Shown in pieces: positions 10,375 through 20,187 of a stretch of DNA of 64,000 bases. Every line of letters starts with the position of its first letter. The stretch's first letter is position 1. This stretch comes from Obrimoposthia wandeli (Eukaryota), in NCBI GenBank assembly GCA_977020255.1, contig CDROCS010000253.1, positions 868,001 through 932,000 on the forward strand. Direction: 5' to 3'. The notes beneath the pieces were generated by a model that did no database searches, was not told the DNA's origin, and saw only the letters and a list, made by a program, of their open reading frames with translations. The position numbers and the translations under genes were made by a program.

Positions 10375-10902
10375 ATGACAATGATATTAGAAGATTTAAA
10401 CCAATTACCAGAAGCAGATGCTAGCCATACGTTCATGCAATGTTGTACTTCAAGTACGTGGGTTAACAATATGGTTAATGCCCGTCCATTTGCTAGTGCT
10501 GTTGCATTAACACAAGCAGCTGATGATGCGTGGTTAGGTTTAACGGAACAAGATTATTTTGAAGCATTTGAAGGTCACCCAAAAATTGGTGATGTAAGTA
10601 GCTTACGTGCTAAGTATGCCAATACCAAAGAATTAGCTGGCACAGAACAAAGCCTAGTAAAAGAAGCCAATAACGATGTACTTGAAGTACTTTCTCAAGG
10701 TAATACTGACTATGAAAAAAAGTTTGGCTTTATCTTTATTGTTTGTGCCACCGGAAAAAGCGCTAAACAAATGTCTGATTTATTACAGGCACGTCTACCA
10801 AATAACAAAGCGCAAGAGCTAGTTAATGCCGCGGAAGAGCAACGTAAGATATTCCAACTGCGCATCACTAAAACCTTAGGAAAAGCATTAGCTAAAGGCT
10901 AA
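10375..10902 (+). CDS. uraD: OHCU decarboxylase
   Basis: AFEGHPKIG, EQS, YEKKFGFIFIVCATGKS and EEQRKI motifs. Confidence 0.92.
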   Translation: MTMILEDLNQLPEADASHTFMQCCTSSTWVNNMVNARPFASAVALTQAADDAWLGLTEQDYFEAFEGHPKIGDVSSLRAKYANTKELAGTEQSLVKEANNDVLEVLSQGNTDYEKKFGFIFIVCATGKSAKQMSDLLQARLPNNKAQELVNAAEEQRKIFQLRITKTLGKALAKG

Positions 10903-10917
10903 TAATACCTCTAGGTC

Positions 10918-10945
10918 TAAAGTTTAAAGTTTAAAGTTTAAAGCT
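10918..10945. repeat. Heptamer tandem repeat (TAAAGTT)x3 + TAAAGCT
   Basis: Read directly between uraD and uraH. Confidence 0.85.
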
Positions 10946-10964
10946 ATTTTAAAAAGGAACGAAT

Positions 10965-11306
10965 ATGAGTCAAATTACTACCCATATACTTGATACTACC
11001 CGTGGTTTACCTGCGCAAAATGTCCCTATTACCTTATTTACTCAAGACGGTGATAGTTGGAAAGAAGTCAACTGCGGAGTCACTAATGCTGATGGTCGTT
11101 TACCGGGTTTATTAGCTGATGATGAAAAATTAGCAGCGGGTGTTTACCGTATGCACTTTGCCACAGGGGTTTATTTTAAAGCGAATAACGAAGCAGGGTT
11201 TTACCCATACGTTGATATCGTTTTTGAAATCGACGCCAGCGGTACTCATTACCATATTCCATTATTACTAACAGCCTATGGATACTCTACTTACCGTGGT
11301 AGCTAG
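10965..11306 (+). CDS. uraH: 5-hydroxyisourate hydrolase (transthyretin-like)
   Basis: ITTHILDT, TNADGR, FYPYV, HYHIPLLL and C-terminal YRGS signature. Confidence 0.97.
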   Translation: MSQITTHILDTTRGLPAQNVPITLFTQDGDSWKEVNCGVTNADGRLPGLLADDEKLAAGVYRMHFATGVYFKANNEAGFYPYVDIVFEIDASGTHYHIPLLLTAYGYSTYRGS

Positions 11307-11376
11307 GAGTTAGTTAAGTCATTAGTTACATTATGAATAAAAATTCAGCAACATATTTATTAACCGAGAAGATAAG

Positions 11377-11892
11377 ATGACCTGTAAAATCATTAATCTT
11401 ATACCCCAAGAGCTAACGACAGAGAATTTCTCAGCTTATGGGGATGTTATTTCAGTGTCCGAAAGTGCTGAACATTTCGCCATTAATGATGGCCATACTA
11501 TGCATTATCACAATCTTGCTGATGTTGATGTGGCTGAGCAACAGGGTAAAACCTTCATTAATATTTTTCGTTCCACCCCGCTAGTTTTTCCTTTACCTAT
11601 CAAAATGATGGAACGCCATCCTTTAGGCAGCCAAGCATTTATTCCTATGGGTAAACAACCTTATGTGGTTGTTGTTGCACCCGCAGGTGAGCTTGATATA
11701 TCAGCCATTAAAGTGTTTTTAGCAAGCGGTGAGCAAGGCGTAAATTACCATAAAGGTACTTGGCATCACTTTTGTTTAGCACTGAATGAAGTCAGTGACT
11801 TTCTCGTAGTCGATCGCGGCGGAGAAGGTGATAACTGCGATGTAGAAAAACTCGACGGTTCAATGGTTATCAATTTAACTGCACACGATTAA
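11377..11892 (+). CDS. allA: Ureidoglycolate lyase
   Basis: FSAYGDVI, MMERHPLGSQAFIP, GVNYHKGTWHH and DFLVVDR. Confidence 0.93.
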   Translation: MTCKIINLIPQELTTENFSAYGDVISVSESAEHFAINDGHTMHYHNLADVDVAEQQGKTFINIFRSTPLVFPLPIKMMERHPLGSQAFIPMGKQPYVVVVAPAGELDISAIKVFLASGEQGVNYHKGTWHHFCLALNEVSDFLVVDRGGEGDNCDVEKLDGSMVINLTAHD

Positions 11893-11959
11893 AAATATTC
11901 AACTCACATTATTAGCACCAAACATTAGCACCAAAAACATACACAATAGGTTAACAAAC

Positions 11960-13285
11960 ATGTCAAACAGTACATCAACTAGCGAAGCAACAAACACAGG
12001 TACCAAAGCGTATCGCGGCGAATTACTACACTTTTTAGCCGATCCTGCCAAAGTACCGGAAGAAGAGAGTTATCAATACTTTGAAGATGGACTTTTAGTG
12101 ATTACCAATGGCTTAGTTGAAGCCGTTGGTAATGCCACAGATTTATTGGCAACATTACCCGCAGCAGTCAGTGTAACTCAGTATGACAATGGCTTAATAA
12201 TGCCCGGTTTTATTGATACTCACGTACATTACCCACAAACTGAAATGGTCGCTTCTTATGGCGCACAATTACTTGAGTGGCTTGAAAATTATACTTTTCC
12301 AGAAGAAAGAAAATTTTCCGATATTGAACACGGTAAACGTGTGGCCGAGTTTTTCTTAACGCAATTATTAGCGGCTGGCACAACCACGGCGTTGGTTTTT
12401 GGTACTGTGCATAAAGAATCTGTCGAAGCTTTTTTCACCATTGCCCAACAGAAAAAATTACGCATGATTTGCGGTAAAGTATTGATGGATCAAAATTGCC
12501 CCGATTACCTGAGTGATACGGCAGAATCTGGCTATACCGACAGCAAAGCCCTTATTGAAAAGTGGCACAATACCGACAGATTACAATACGCTATTACGCC
12601 TCGCTTTGCCCCAACTTGCTCTACTGAACAAATGAATAAAGCTGGTGAGCTATTAAAAGAATACCCAGGTGTCTATTTACATACCCATTTATCTGAAAAC
12701 AAAGCTGAAATTTCTTGGGTAAGTGAGTTATTTCCAGACAGTGATTGTTACCTTGATGTGTACGATAAAAGCAGTTTATTAGGCCGACGTAGTGTGTTCG
12801 CTCACGGCGTACATTTACACGACCACGAATGTCAGCGTTTAAGTGAAACCAATTCAGCCATTGCTTTTTGTCCCACTTCAAACTTATTTTTAGGCAGCGG
12901 TTGTTTCAACTTAAAACAAGCAGAAGAGTTTGATGTCAATGTCGGTTTAGGTACCGATATAGGCGCTGGCAGTAGTTTTTCAATGTTAACCACCTTAAAC
13001 GAAGGCTACAAAACCCAACAATTACGTGGCGATAAATTAAGTCCATACAAATCACTCTATCTAGCAACGCTAGGTGGCGCTGTTGCTTTAGATTTAGAAG
13101 GGACCATTGGTAACTTCGTACAAGGCGCTGAAGCTGATTTTATTGTTCTGGATTATAACGCTACGCCATTGATGGAAAAGCGTATTGAACATTGTAAAAC
13201 CCTCACAGAAAAATTGTTCGTCTTGAGCATGCTAGGCGATGACCGACACGTCAAAGCTACCCATATCATGGGCGAAAAAGTTTAA
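11960..13285 (+). CDS. guaD: Guanine deaminase
   Basis: PGFIDTHVHYPQ, LLEWLENYTFPEE, YAITPRFAP, HTHLSEN, FCPTSNLFLGSG and GLGTDIGAG. Confidence 0.97.
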   Translation: MSNSTSTSEATNTGTKAYRGELLHFLADPAKVPEEESYQYFEDGLLVITNGLVEAVGNATDLLATLPAAVSVTQYDNGLIMPGFIDTHVHYPQTEMVASYGAQLLEWLENYTFPEERKFSDIEHGKRVAEFFLTQLLAAGTTTALVFGTVHKESVEAFFTIAQQKKLRMICGKVLMDQNCPDYLSDTAESGYTDSKALIEKWHNTDRLQYAITPRFAPTCSTEQMNKAGELLKEYPGVYLHTHLSENKAEISWVSELFPDSDCYLDVYDKSSLLGRRSVFAHGVHLHDHECQRLSETNSAIAFCPTSNLFLGSGCFNLKQAEEFDVNVGLGTDIGAGSSFSMLTTLNEGYKTQQLRGDKLSPYKSLYLATLGGAVALDLEGTIGNFVQGAEADFIVLDYNATPLMEKRIEHCKTLTEKLFVLSMLGDDRHVKATHIMGEKV

Positions 13286-13381
13286 TTAACAAATTATTTA
13301 ATACCTGAAATCTGCGAATACGGCATCAGAAGTACTCATTTATAATTTAAAAATACCAGTAAGCGTACAAAAGGAAAGACT

Positions 13382-14572
13382 ATGGATCCGTATATTACTG
13401 AGTGGTTAAATTTAATCATTCGCTTCGCACATTTAATAGTCGGTATCGCTTGGATCGGCGCATCCTTTTATTTTGTTTGGTTAGATAACCACCTTGAGAA
13501 ACCACCTGAATGGAAAGCAGAAAAAGGCATTTCAGGTGATCTTTGGGCTATTCATGGCGGTGGTTTTTACCAAGTAGCAAAATATAAACTAGCACCACCA
13601 ACTATACCAACAACCTTGCATTGGTTTAAGTGGGAAGCGTATACCACGTGGATTACCGGTTTCTTACTCTTATCACTGATGTTTTATGTCGGCGCTGAGT
13701 CTTACTTAATTGACCCGCGTGTGAAAGATTTAACACAATGGCAAGCTATTGGCTTAGGTCTTGGCTCTATTGTAATCGGTGTTGGTAGTTATGAGTTATT
13801 AGTGAGAACTAAACTTAAAGATCATGGCTTAGTATTAGCGGTTATTTTATTCGTTATTGCTACGGCTTTATCTTACGGTTTAACGCAAGTATTTAGTGCT
13901 CGCGGTGCTTACATGCATATGGGTGCTATTTTAGGTACGATTATGGCTGGTAACGTATTTTTTGGCATCATGCCATCACAACGTGCCTTAGTAAAAGCCG
14001 TAGAAGAAGGTGCTAAGCCTGATGCTAAATATGGCCTTAACGCTAAATTACGTTCAACCCACAATACCTATATCACTTTGCCCGTGTTATTTATTATGAT
14101 TTCGAATCATTATCCGATTACCTATAACCACAGCGCTAACTGGTTAGTATTAATGGCAATTATATTAATTACCGCGGCTGTGCGTCAGTATTTTGTTTTA
14201 CGTCATTTTGGTAAACAGAAACCTATGGTATTAGTGGGTTCTATTATCGCCACTATTGTACTTGCTTACGCTATTGCACCAAAAACTGTTGAGATTTCAG
14301 CAGAGCAAAAGCAACAAGGCGTTACTAATGCGCAAGTACAAAAAATCATTGAAAGCCGTTGTAGTGCCTGTCATTCATCAGCTCCTACGGATGATATTTT
14401 TACCTCCCCTCAAGGTGGCGTTATCTTCTCGGATATTGCTTCTATCAAACAATGGGCGCCAAGAATTGAAGCACGTGTTATCAACTCTAAAGACATGCCA
14501 TTTATGAACAAAACTAAAATGACCGATGAAGAACGTCTAACACTTTCGCTTTGGTTAAACCAAATCAAGTAA
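13382..14572 (+). CDS. puuD: Urate hydroxylase PuuD (membrane protein with C-terminal cytochrome c)
   Basis: HLIVGIAWIGASFYF, LWAIHGGGFY, LHWFKWEAY, RSTHNTY, SNHYP and a C-terminal CSACH heme-c motif; context of urate catabolism genes. Confidence 0.9.
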   Translation: MDPYITEWLNLIIRFAHLIVGIAWIGASFYFVWLDNHLEKPPEWKAEKGISGDLWAIHGGGFYQVAKYKLAPPTIPTTLHWFKWEAYTTWITGFLLLSLMFYVGAESYLIDPRVKDLTQWQAIGLGLGSIVIGVGSYELLVRTKLKDHGLVLAVILFVIATALSYGLTQVFSARGAYMHMGAILGTIMAGNVFFGIMPSQRALVKAVEEGAKPDAKYGLNAKLRSTHNTYITLPVLFIMISNHYPITYNHSANWLVLMAIILITAAVRQYFVLRHFGKQKPMVLVGSIIATIVLAYAIAPKTVEISAEQKQQGVTNAQVQKIIESRCSACHSSAPTDDIFTSPQGGVIFSDIASIKQWAPRIEARVINSKDMPFMNKTKMTDEERLTLSLWLNQIK

Positions 14573-14747
14573 AAGGATAAAAACAAAATAGATTCCCTAT
14601 TAAGCACCTAACCATAAGCGACGTTTATTTACCCACGATACTCTAATTTACCCTATTATTAATTCCATTTGCCAGAAAGCGATGGCTGTCAGTTAAAACT
14701 TGTTATACAGTTATTTTCTCCACTATGAATGAAGTTATGAGGTATCT

Positions 14748-15374
14748 GTGCAGGTAAAGAAAGAATCAGTCGGACAAGTTCGCCAAAAAAATGTGGCACT
14801 TATTTTAACTGCGGCTAAAACAGAGTTTGTAACCCATGGTTTTAAAGGCGCATCAATAAAGCGTATTGCCGAACGAGCTAATATTCCAAGAGCTAATATT
14901 CATTATTATTTCAATGATAAAACCGACCTTTATCAACAGTTGCTCACCGAGATTATTGTTAGCTGGAACACTAGCTTCGACACCTTGAGTATTGATGATG
15001 ACCCTCAAACAATTCTTACCGCTTATATCCATGAAAAAATCATGCATGCTAAGCATGATCCCGATGGCTCTAAGATATTTGCTAGTGAAGTAATTCATGG
15101 AGCTCCTATACTTAAAGATTATTTACATACCGAATTTAAGCAATGGCTAGATGAAAAAATAACCATCATTGAAACCTGGATCAAACAAGGGCAAATAGAC
15201 GCTGTTAATCCATACCATTTGTTATTTCTTATTTGGAGTTCAACACAGCATTATGCTGATTTTAATGTACAGGTATTAGCTGGCTTTGGTAAAGAAACGA
15301 TGAACGATGAGGATTTTGATAACGTCGTTGAGTCATTGACTACTATAATATTAAAAGGCTGTGGTTTATCTTAA
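14748..15374 (+). CDS. TetR-family regulator, RutR-like
   Basis: N-terminal HTH (IAERANIPRANIHYYFNDK) and RutR-type C-terminus (SKIFASEVIHGAP, LIWSSTQHYADF); GTG start. Confidence 0.88.
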   Translation: MQVKKESVGQVRQKNVALILTAAKTEFVTHGFKGASIKRIAERANIPRANIHYYFNDKTDLYQQLLTEIIVSWNTSFDTLSIDDDPQTILTAYIHEKIMHAKHDPDGSKIFASEVIHGAPILKDYLHTEFKQWLDEKITIIETWIKQGQIDAVNPYHLLFLIWSSTQHYADFNVQVLAGFGKETMNDEDFDNVVESLTTIILKGCGLS

Positions 15375-15490
15375 GCCTGACAACATTACTGGTATTGTTG
15401 ACATGATTTATTGAAAAGCTTACTGTCTTATTAGCTTTGAAAGTTAAACAGCCTCTTAGTCTTGAGAGAAATAACAATAGAAACTAAAAT

Positions 15491-15916
15491 ATGAAAATTG
15501 AAGAAATAATGAGTGAGGATATCACTTGTATAGATTTAGATGACAGGTTATCTGTTGTTAGAGAGCTATTTATTAAACATAAATTTCATCATCTGATGGT
15601 TACAGATAACAAGAATCAACTTATAGCTGTTATTTCTGAAAGAGATTATTTAAAAGCAACAAATTCCAATTTAGAACTACCAGCAGCTAATGAGAAAGAT
15701 TTAGCGATGTTAAACAAACGTGTGCATCAAATTGTATCGAAAAAATTAGTCGCAATTAAACAATTTAGCCCTTTTAGTGAAGCGATAAAAACTTTCCATG
15801 ACACGGGCATGTCCTGTCTTCCCGTCATCAATAGCAATAATCAGCCTGTCGGCATATTAACTTCGCGAGATATAATTAAGTGGCTTTATAGTAAAGTTAA
15901 CTCACCTAAATCTTAA
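15491..15916 (+). CDS. CBS-domain pair protein
   Basis: IMSEDI, HHLMV, VISERD, SCLPV and GILTSRD tandem CBS motifs. Confidence 0.88.
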   Translation: MKIEEIMSEDITCIDLDDRLSVVRELFIKHKFHHLMVTDNKNQLIAVISERDYLKATNSNLELPAANEKDLAMLNKRVHQIVSKKLVAIKQFSPFSEAIKTFHDTGMSCLPVINSNNQPVGILTSRDIIKWLYSKVNSPKS

Positions 15917-16296
15917 CCATTATAACCGCTAATACCATGACCTTGATAATATAACCTGCCCATTTTATCACTCGCTGCAACTCAGTTTACAAAATATGCT
16001 TCCATCCTTGCTAAACCAACTACGGATAAGCCAATAATAAATTCATTCTTGGTTTGAAAAGCATATTGAAGTAAAATTTTCACTTCATCCATCATATTGA
16101 TGAATTATGGGTCAATATGAGCAATCATTAACCTAGTCAATGCAAAAGATATTCGTGCATTTACATCAGAAGGACCAAGCCCACTAAAATCTTTGTGGCG
16201 GGCTAAATGATTTAAATGTCATAATTGCTTTACCTTCTATTTTAATTTCTAGTTGTGTTTATAAAACAACCTGATGTATCGTAGCCAACCACAAGC

Positions 16297-16310
16297 TGTC
16301 ACTTGTGTCA
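16297..16310. promoter_or_regulatory. Second copy of the xdhA-type operator (TGTCAC-TT-GTGTCA), overlapping putative -35 TTGTGT (16303-16308; TATAAA at 16326-16331, 17-bp spacer)
   Basis: AAGCTGTCACTTGTGTCA vs AAGCTGACACTTGTGTCA: 17 of 18 identical to the xdhA site. Confidence 0.65.
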
Positions 16311-16379
16311 GGTTATGGTGGTGGATATAAATTTACATTAAAATAGAACAAAAACTAAAACTACATTAAGAGAGACACT

Positions 16380-17207
16380 ATGAAAATTTCAGCTCCACTT
16401 ACCGCCCTTGCATTAACTGCGGCGTTAAATGCGCCAATAGTATCAGCAGAGATATGGGGAAATACCGAAGTACAATTACAAGCATTAGGTGAATTAGAAC
16501 GAGTAGGTACTGGCGGCACCGCTGACACTACTATCATCACCTTCCAACATGCTGGTGGCTGGGAATACGGCGATAACTTCTTTTTTATGGATTATTCGCG
16601 CTATTCAGTGAATAACGATGCTAACTTCACTGCATCAGATTCAAGCGAACTTTATGGCGAGTGGTATTCAAACTTTAGTTTAGGCGCAATTAGCGGTAAT
16701 GACCTTAGTTTTGGTCCAGTGAAAGATATTGGTATCGTTGCTGGTTTTAACTTTGCCCCAGAAGTAGACAGTGCTTGGATATTACCTGGTGTAAGATTCG
16801 CTTTAGACTTACCTGGTTTTGCTTTTGCACAAATTGATGTTACCGGTTATATGCATCAAGGTGGTGGCAGTGCAAACTCTCCTGTATTTACCGTAGTTGA
16901 TGAAGACTCTAGTTTTATGGTTGATTTTGCTTGGGCATATCCATTTAAAATTGGTTCTACAAGCTGGAGCATCGAAGGTCATTTAGAATACATTGACGGC
17001 CGCACTCAAGTTAATAACTTTAGCACAACAGAACTAGAATCATGGATTCTATTTCAACCACAAATTCGCTTAGATTTAGGTGAGGTATTGGGTCAAAAAG
17101 CACAGCGTTTATTCGTTGGTGTTGAATATCAATACTGGAAAAATAAACTAGGTGAAAAAGGTACTGATGATAATGCAGCACAATTTCTTGCTGTATGGCG
17201 TTTCTAA
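16380..17207 (+). CDS. Tsx-like nucleoside/nucleobase outer-membrane channel
   Basis: Signal peptide, TFQHAGGWEYGDNFFFMD, ELYGEW, QPQIRLDLG, GVEYQYWKNK and C-terminal F. Confidence 0.8.
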   Translation: MKISAPLTALALTAALNAPIVSAEIWGNTEVQLQALGELERVGTGGTADTTIITFQHAGGWEYGDNFFFMDYSRYSVNNDANFTASDSSELYGEWYSNFSLGAISGNDLSFGPVKDIGIVAGFNFAPEVDSAWILPGVRFALDLPGFAFAQIDVTGYMHQGGGSANSPVFTVVDEDSSFMVDFAWAYPFKIGSTSWSIEGHLEYIDGRTQVNNFSTTELESWILFQPQIRLDLGEVLGQKAQRLFVGVEYQYWKNKLGEKGTDDNAAQFLAVWRF

Positions 17208-17239
17208 ATAGAGCAATAATCTATTTAGATCGATAAATC

Positions 17240-17282
17240 AAAAAGGCTGCCAATATTATTATCAATATTGGCAGCTTTTTTT
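17240..17282. terminator. Bidirectional intrinsic terminator between convergent genes
   Basis: 12-bp stem GCTGCCAATATT/AATATTGGCAGC (17246-17257/17264-17275) flanked by A and T tracts. Confidence 0.85.
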
Positions 17283-17317
17283 ATGTTGAGTCAAAGCCTA
17301 AGTAAACACTTCAGACA

Positions 17318-17875
17318 TTAGTCTCTTTTATATAAAGACTCTATAGTGCTTGTTGCGATAGTATTAGCATTAATCATATACCCCGCTAACGCACCTGAAG
17401 CGTCTTCTGGTAGTTCAAGTGTCTCTACTGATAGTGCATGTACCGTAAAGCGGTAATGGTGAATACCATGACCTGCTGGCGGACAAGCACCACCAAAACC
17501 TCGACTGCCAAAATCATTTTTTATTTGCATACTTCCTTTAGGGGCTAAGTCTTTTTTAGTACTACCTGCACCTGCGGCTAATTCAGTAACGCTCAGCGGA
17601 ATATTAACGACTTGCCAATGCCACCAGCCACTACCTGTAGGCGCATCAGGATCATAAACAGTAATAGCAAAGCTTTTAGTACCTTTAGGTACACCAGACC
17701 ATGTTAACTGTGGTGATAAATCATCACCGACACAACCAAAAGTATTAAATTCTTGTGCTGTAGACATAAACTCTCCATCAGCAATATCCTCACTAGACAA
17801 GTTAAACGTATCTGCAAAAACAGTTGATGAAAGACTTAATGTAAGTAAAGTAACTAATGTGAACGACTTAAACAT
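17318..17875 (-). CDS. YbhB/YbcL-family (PEBP/RKIP-like) exported protein
   Basis: Signal peptide, SPQLTW, YDPDAPTGSGWWHW, GGACPP and HHYRFTVHAL. Confidence 0.92.
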   Translation of the reverse strand: MFKSFTLVTLLTLSLSSTVFADTFNLSSEDIADGEFMSTAQEFNTFGCVGDDLSPQLTWSGVPKGTKSFAITVYDPDAPTGSGWWHWQVVNIPLSVTELAAGAGSTKKDLAPKGSMQIKNDFGSRGFGGACPPAGHGIHHYRFTVHALSVETLELPEDASGALAGYMINANTIATSTIESLYKRD

Positions 17876-17985
17876 AGTGATGAACCTTATTTAATGAATT
17901 ATTAATTGGTGGTTAGCAATGGATGATTAAGTATTCTAGCGATACCTCAGATCATTTATAGTCTCAATTCAGTCAAATTTTCGCC

Positions 17986-18810
17986 CTAATCCGTCACTTT
18001 AGTTTTTCTCAGCTCTGAGGGTGTCAGACCAAAACGCCCTTTAAAGCGGCTGGTAAATCGGGATTGTGACTGATAACCACATTGCTGTGCGATATAAACA
18101 ATAGAATGACTGGTTGTTTGCAATAAATGCAAACCAAGCCCTAGTTTGACCTGATCTTTTATCTCTTGAATAGTCGTTCCTTCTGCAATTAACTTTCGCC
18201 TAAGGGTAGACTCACTCATAGCCACTTGTTGGCAAATAGTGGTGAGTGAAATATCCACTGAGGGTTGTTCACTCAAAATGGCATGTATTTTTTGCCCTAG
18301 TTTATGAGGCCCTACCATCGATAGAATATCTTTATGCCCCAAGTGGTAAAGTAATTGTAGAATTTCTTTTCTACGTAATGACCACATGGCTTGTGGCGAA
18401 AAAAGCGACCACTCAACAAATTGCTGCAGGCATTTTTCTAGAGCCATGGATATTTCACCAGTACTAAAAGACTGCTCACTGACTGTCTTTAGGCCTATAC
18501 CAATAAAGTCTTCATACTCAAACTCAATAAGTAGCGCAAAATATTCTTTTTCTTGCGGAATATTACGCATATTAATAGCAGGGCGATCTGATAAAAAAAC
18601 GAAGTCTCCCGCATGACAAACGATTTCCCCCTCTTTGCCCAGTATTTTATCGCCATCAAGTATTGCAATAAATAAAGGTTTTACTACCGGTACATTTAAT
18701 AAATACTGCTCTTTTATCGAGGAGTAAACGGCAAAAGGCAGTGCTCGGCCTTTTATACTGGTCGCTTTAATAGTATTAATCAGATTATTCATATTTACAG
18801 ACATAGTCAT
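17986..18810 (-). CDS. AraC-family transcriptional regulator (YbcM-like)
   Basis: C-terminal MSESTLRRKL...IAQQCGYQSQSRFTSRFKGRFGLTPSELR. Confidence 0.92.
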   Translation of the reverse strand: MTMSVNMNNLINTIKATSIKGRALPFAVYSSIKEQYLLNVPVVKPLFIAILDGDKILGKEGEIVCHAGDFVFLSDRPAINMRNIPQEKEYFALLIEFEYEDFIGIGLKTVSEQSFSTGEISMALEKCLQQFVEWSLFSPQAMWSLRRKEILQLLYHLGHKDILSMVGPHKLGQKIHAILSEQPSVDISLTTICQQVAMSESTLRRKLIAEGTTIQEIKDQVKLGLGLHLLQTTSHSIVYIAQQCGYQSQSRFTSRFKGRFGLTPSELRKTKVTD

Positions 18811-18898
18811 TTTTATTCAATTAGTTAAGCATAACGTACTGCGAAATCAGCACATCACCTTCGAAGCTTACTCCAAGGCATGCCTGTTGTGGCAAATG

Positions 18899-19324
18899 TT
18901 ATATAAACTTACACATACCATGACCCAAAGTATTATTAGGTCTTTGGATGTAGTCATAGCATTTATAAAAATCCTCTTTTCCCTGTGCCACCAATAAGCC
19001 GATAGTAGAGCCTTGGTTAGTAGCATCGCTTAGATAATCTTCTATCTTATCCATTAATGCTGCGCCAATACCCAAGTTTTGATAACTTGGGTCAACCATT
19101 ACATCTTGAATATAAAAATACATGGCGCCATCACCAACCACTCTTCCCATACCAATAAGTTGCTCTTCATGGCAAATTATTACCTGAAATAAACTATTAT
19201 TTAAACTCTTTTCAGCAAGGTTCACATCAAGATCACCCCAACCCACTTTACTACGTAAGATCAAAAAGTCTGCAACCGCTGGCCTTTCTAATTTTAGGCA
19301 AAATTTATCTGTTAACACTGTCAC
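18899..19324 (-). CDS. GNAT-family acetyltransferase
   Basis: LIGMGRVVGDG, IQDVMVDPSYQNLGIG acetyl-CoA motif, FYKCYDY. Confidence 0.9.
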   Translation of the reverse strand: MTVLTDKFCLKLERPAVADFLILRSKVGWGDLDVNLAEKSLNNSLFQVIICHEEQLIGMGRVVGDGAMYFYIQDVMVDPSYQNLGIGAALMDKIEDYLSDATNQGSTIGLLVAQGKEDFYKCYDYIQRPNNTLGHGMCKFI

Positions 19325-19500
19325 CTTCCTTTATGCTAGCTAGCTTGATAGCTTGATTATCTAATAACTATGATAGGAGTTCTCTCCCGTCAACTCAAAA
19401 ACATCGATTAATACACCACTATAACTTTGTTTTTACGACTGATATATCTTACTATTTACGTTCAACACCTTAATTTAACAATAAAATTGGAAATAGATTA

Positions 19501-20187
19501 GTGCAACTACCTTCAAATAAAATCAAAGTTATTCTCGCTATTATTTTACTCATTATTATTACTTCGGTTATTTACACTGTTACTCAAAAGGAAGCCGAGC
19601 TTCCTAAAATGACAGTACAAGAGAAAAAAGCAAGATTTAAAGCCTTAATTGTTCCTGCCGTTAATAAGGTTTACGCTCAGCTGATGACGCGATATGAAGA
19701 TATTAAAGCAACAATAGATGCAGGAAAAAGTAATGCTAAAATTGAACAGCTAAAAGTCGAATATAAAGCCACTACAAATGACGAATTACTAATGGCACTT
19801 AAACCTCATCCTAAAAGTATTGCCATTGCACAGGCGGCAATGGAAAGTTCTTGGGCTACCTCTCGCTTTTTTAGAGTTGCTAATAACATCTTTGGTGTTT
19901 GGTCTTTTGACAAAGATGAGCCTAGAATTGCTGCGCTGAAAAAACGTGGTAACAAAACTATTTGGGTAAAAAAATACGATTCCATTGAAGATGCGATATA
20001 CGATTACTATCGCACTTTAGGACGTAGCAGCGCTTTCGCTGAGTTTAGGCAAGCTAGAATGCAAACAAACGACCCTTTTACCCTAGTCACTAAATTAGAT
20101 CGTTACTCTGAAAAAGGTAGCCTTTATGGTGAAGAGTTAACCTCAATTATCAAGTTCAACAACTTTGATAATTATGACGCCGATTAA
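19501..20187 (+). CDS. GH73 glucosaminidase-domain (Bax-like) protein
   Basis: N-terminal TM/signal, IAIAQAAMESSWATSRF, NNIFG and LDRYSE motifs; GTG start. Confidence 0.85.
   Translation: MQLPSNKIKVILAIILLIIITSVIYTVTQKEAELPKMTVQEKKARFKALIVPAVNKVYAQLMTRYEDIKATIDAGKSNAKIEQLKVEYKATTNDELLMALKPHPKSIAIAQAAMESSWATSRFFRVANNIFGVWSFDKDEPRIAALKKRGNKTIWVKKYDSIEDAIYDYYRTLGRSSAFAEFRQARMQTNDPFTLVTKLDRYSEKGSLYGEELTSIIKFNNFDNYDAD

Noticed and set aside
13300-13345. TCAGAAGTACTCA after guaD resembling TCAGAGTACTCA at 1397-1408
   Set aside because: A 12-13 bp similarity with an indel is too short to call a repeat family without a genome-wide search.
15960-16210. Two offset open stretches (…WFEKHIEVKFHFIHHIDELWV… and …AIINLVNAKDIRAFTSEGPSPLKSLWRAK) suggesting a decayed gene
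   Set aside because: No family recognised and several stops; a BLASTX hit would be needed to call a pseudogene.
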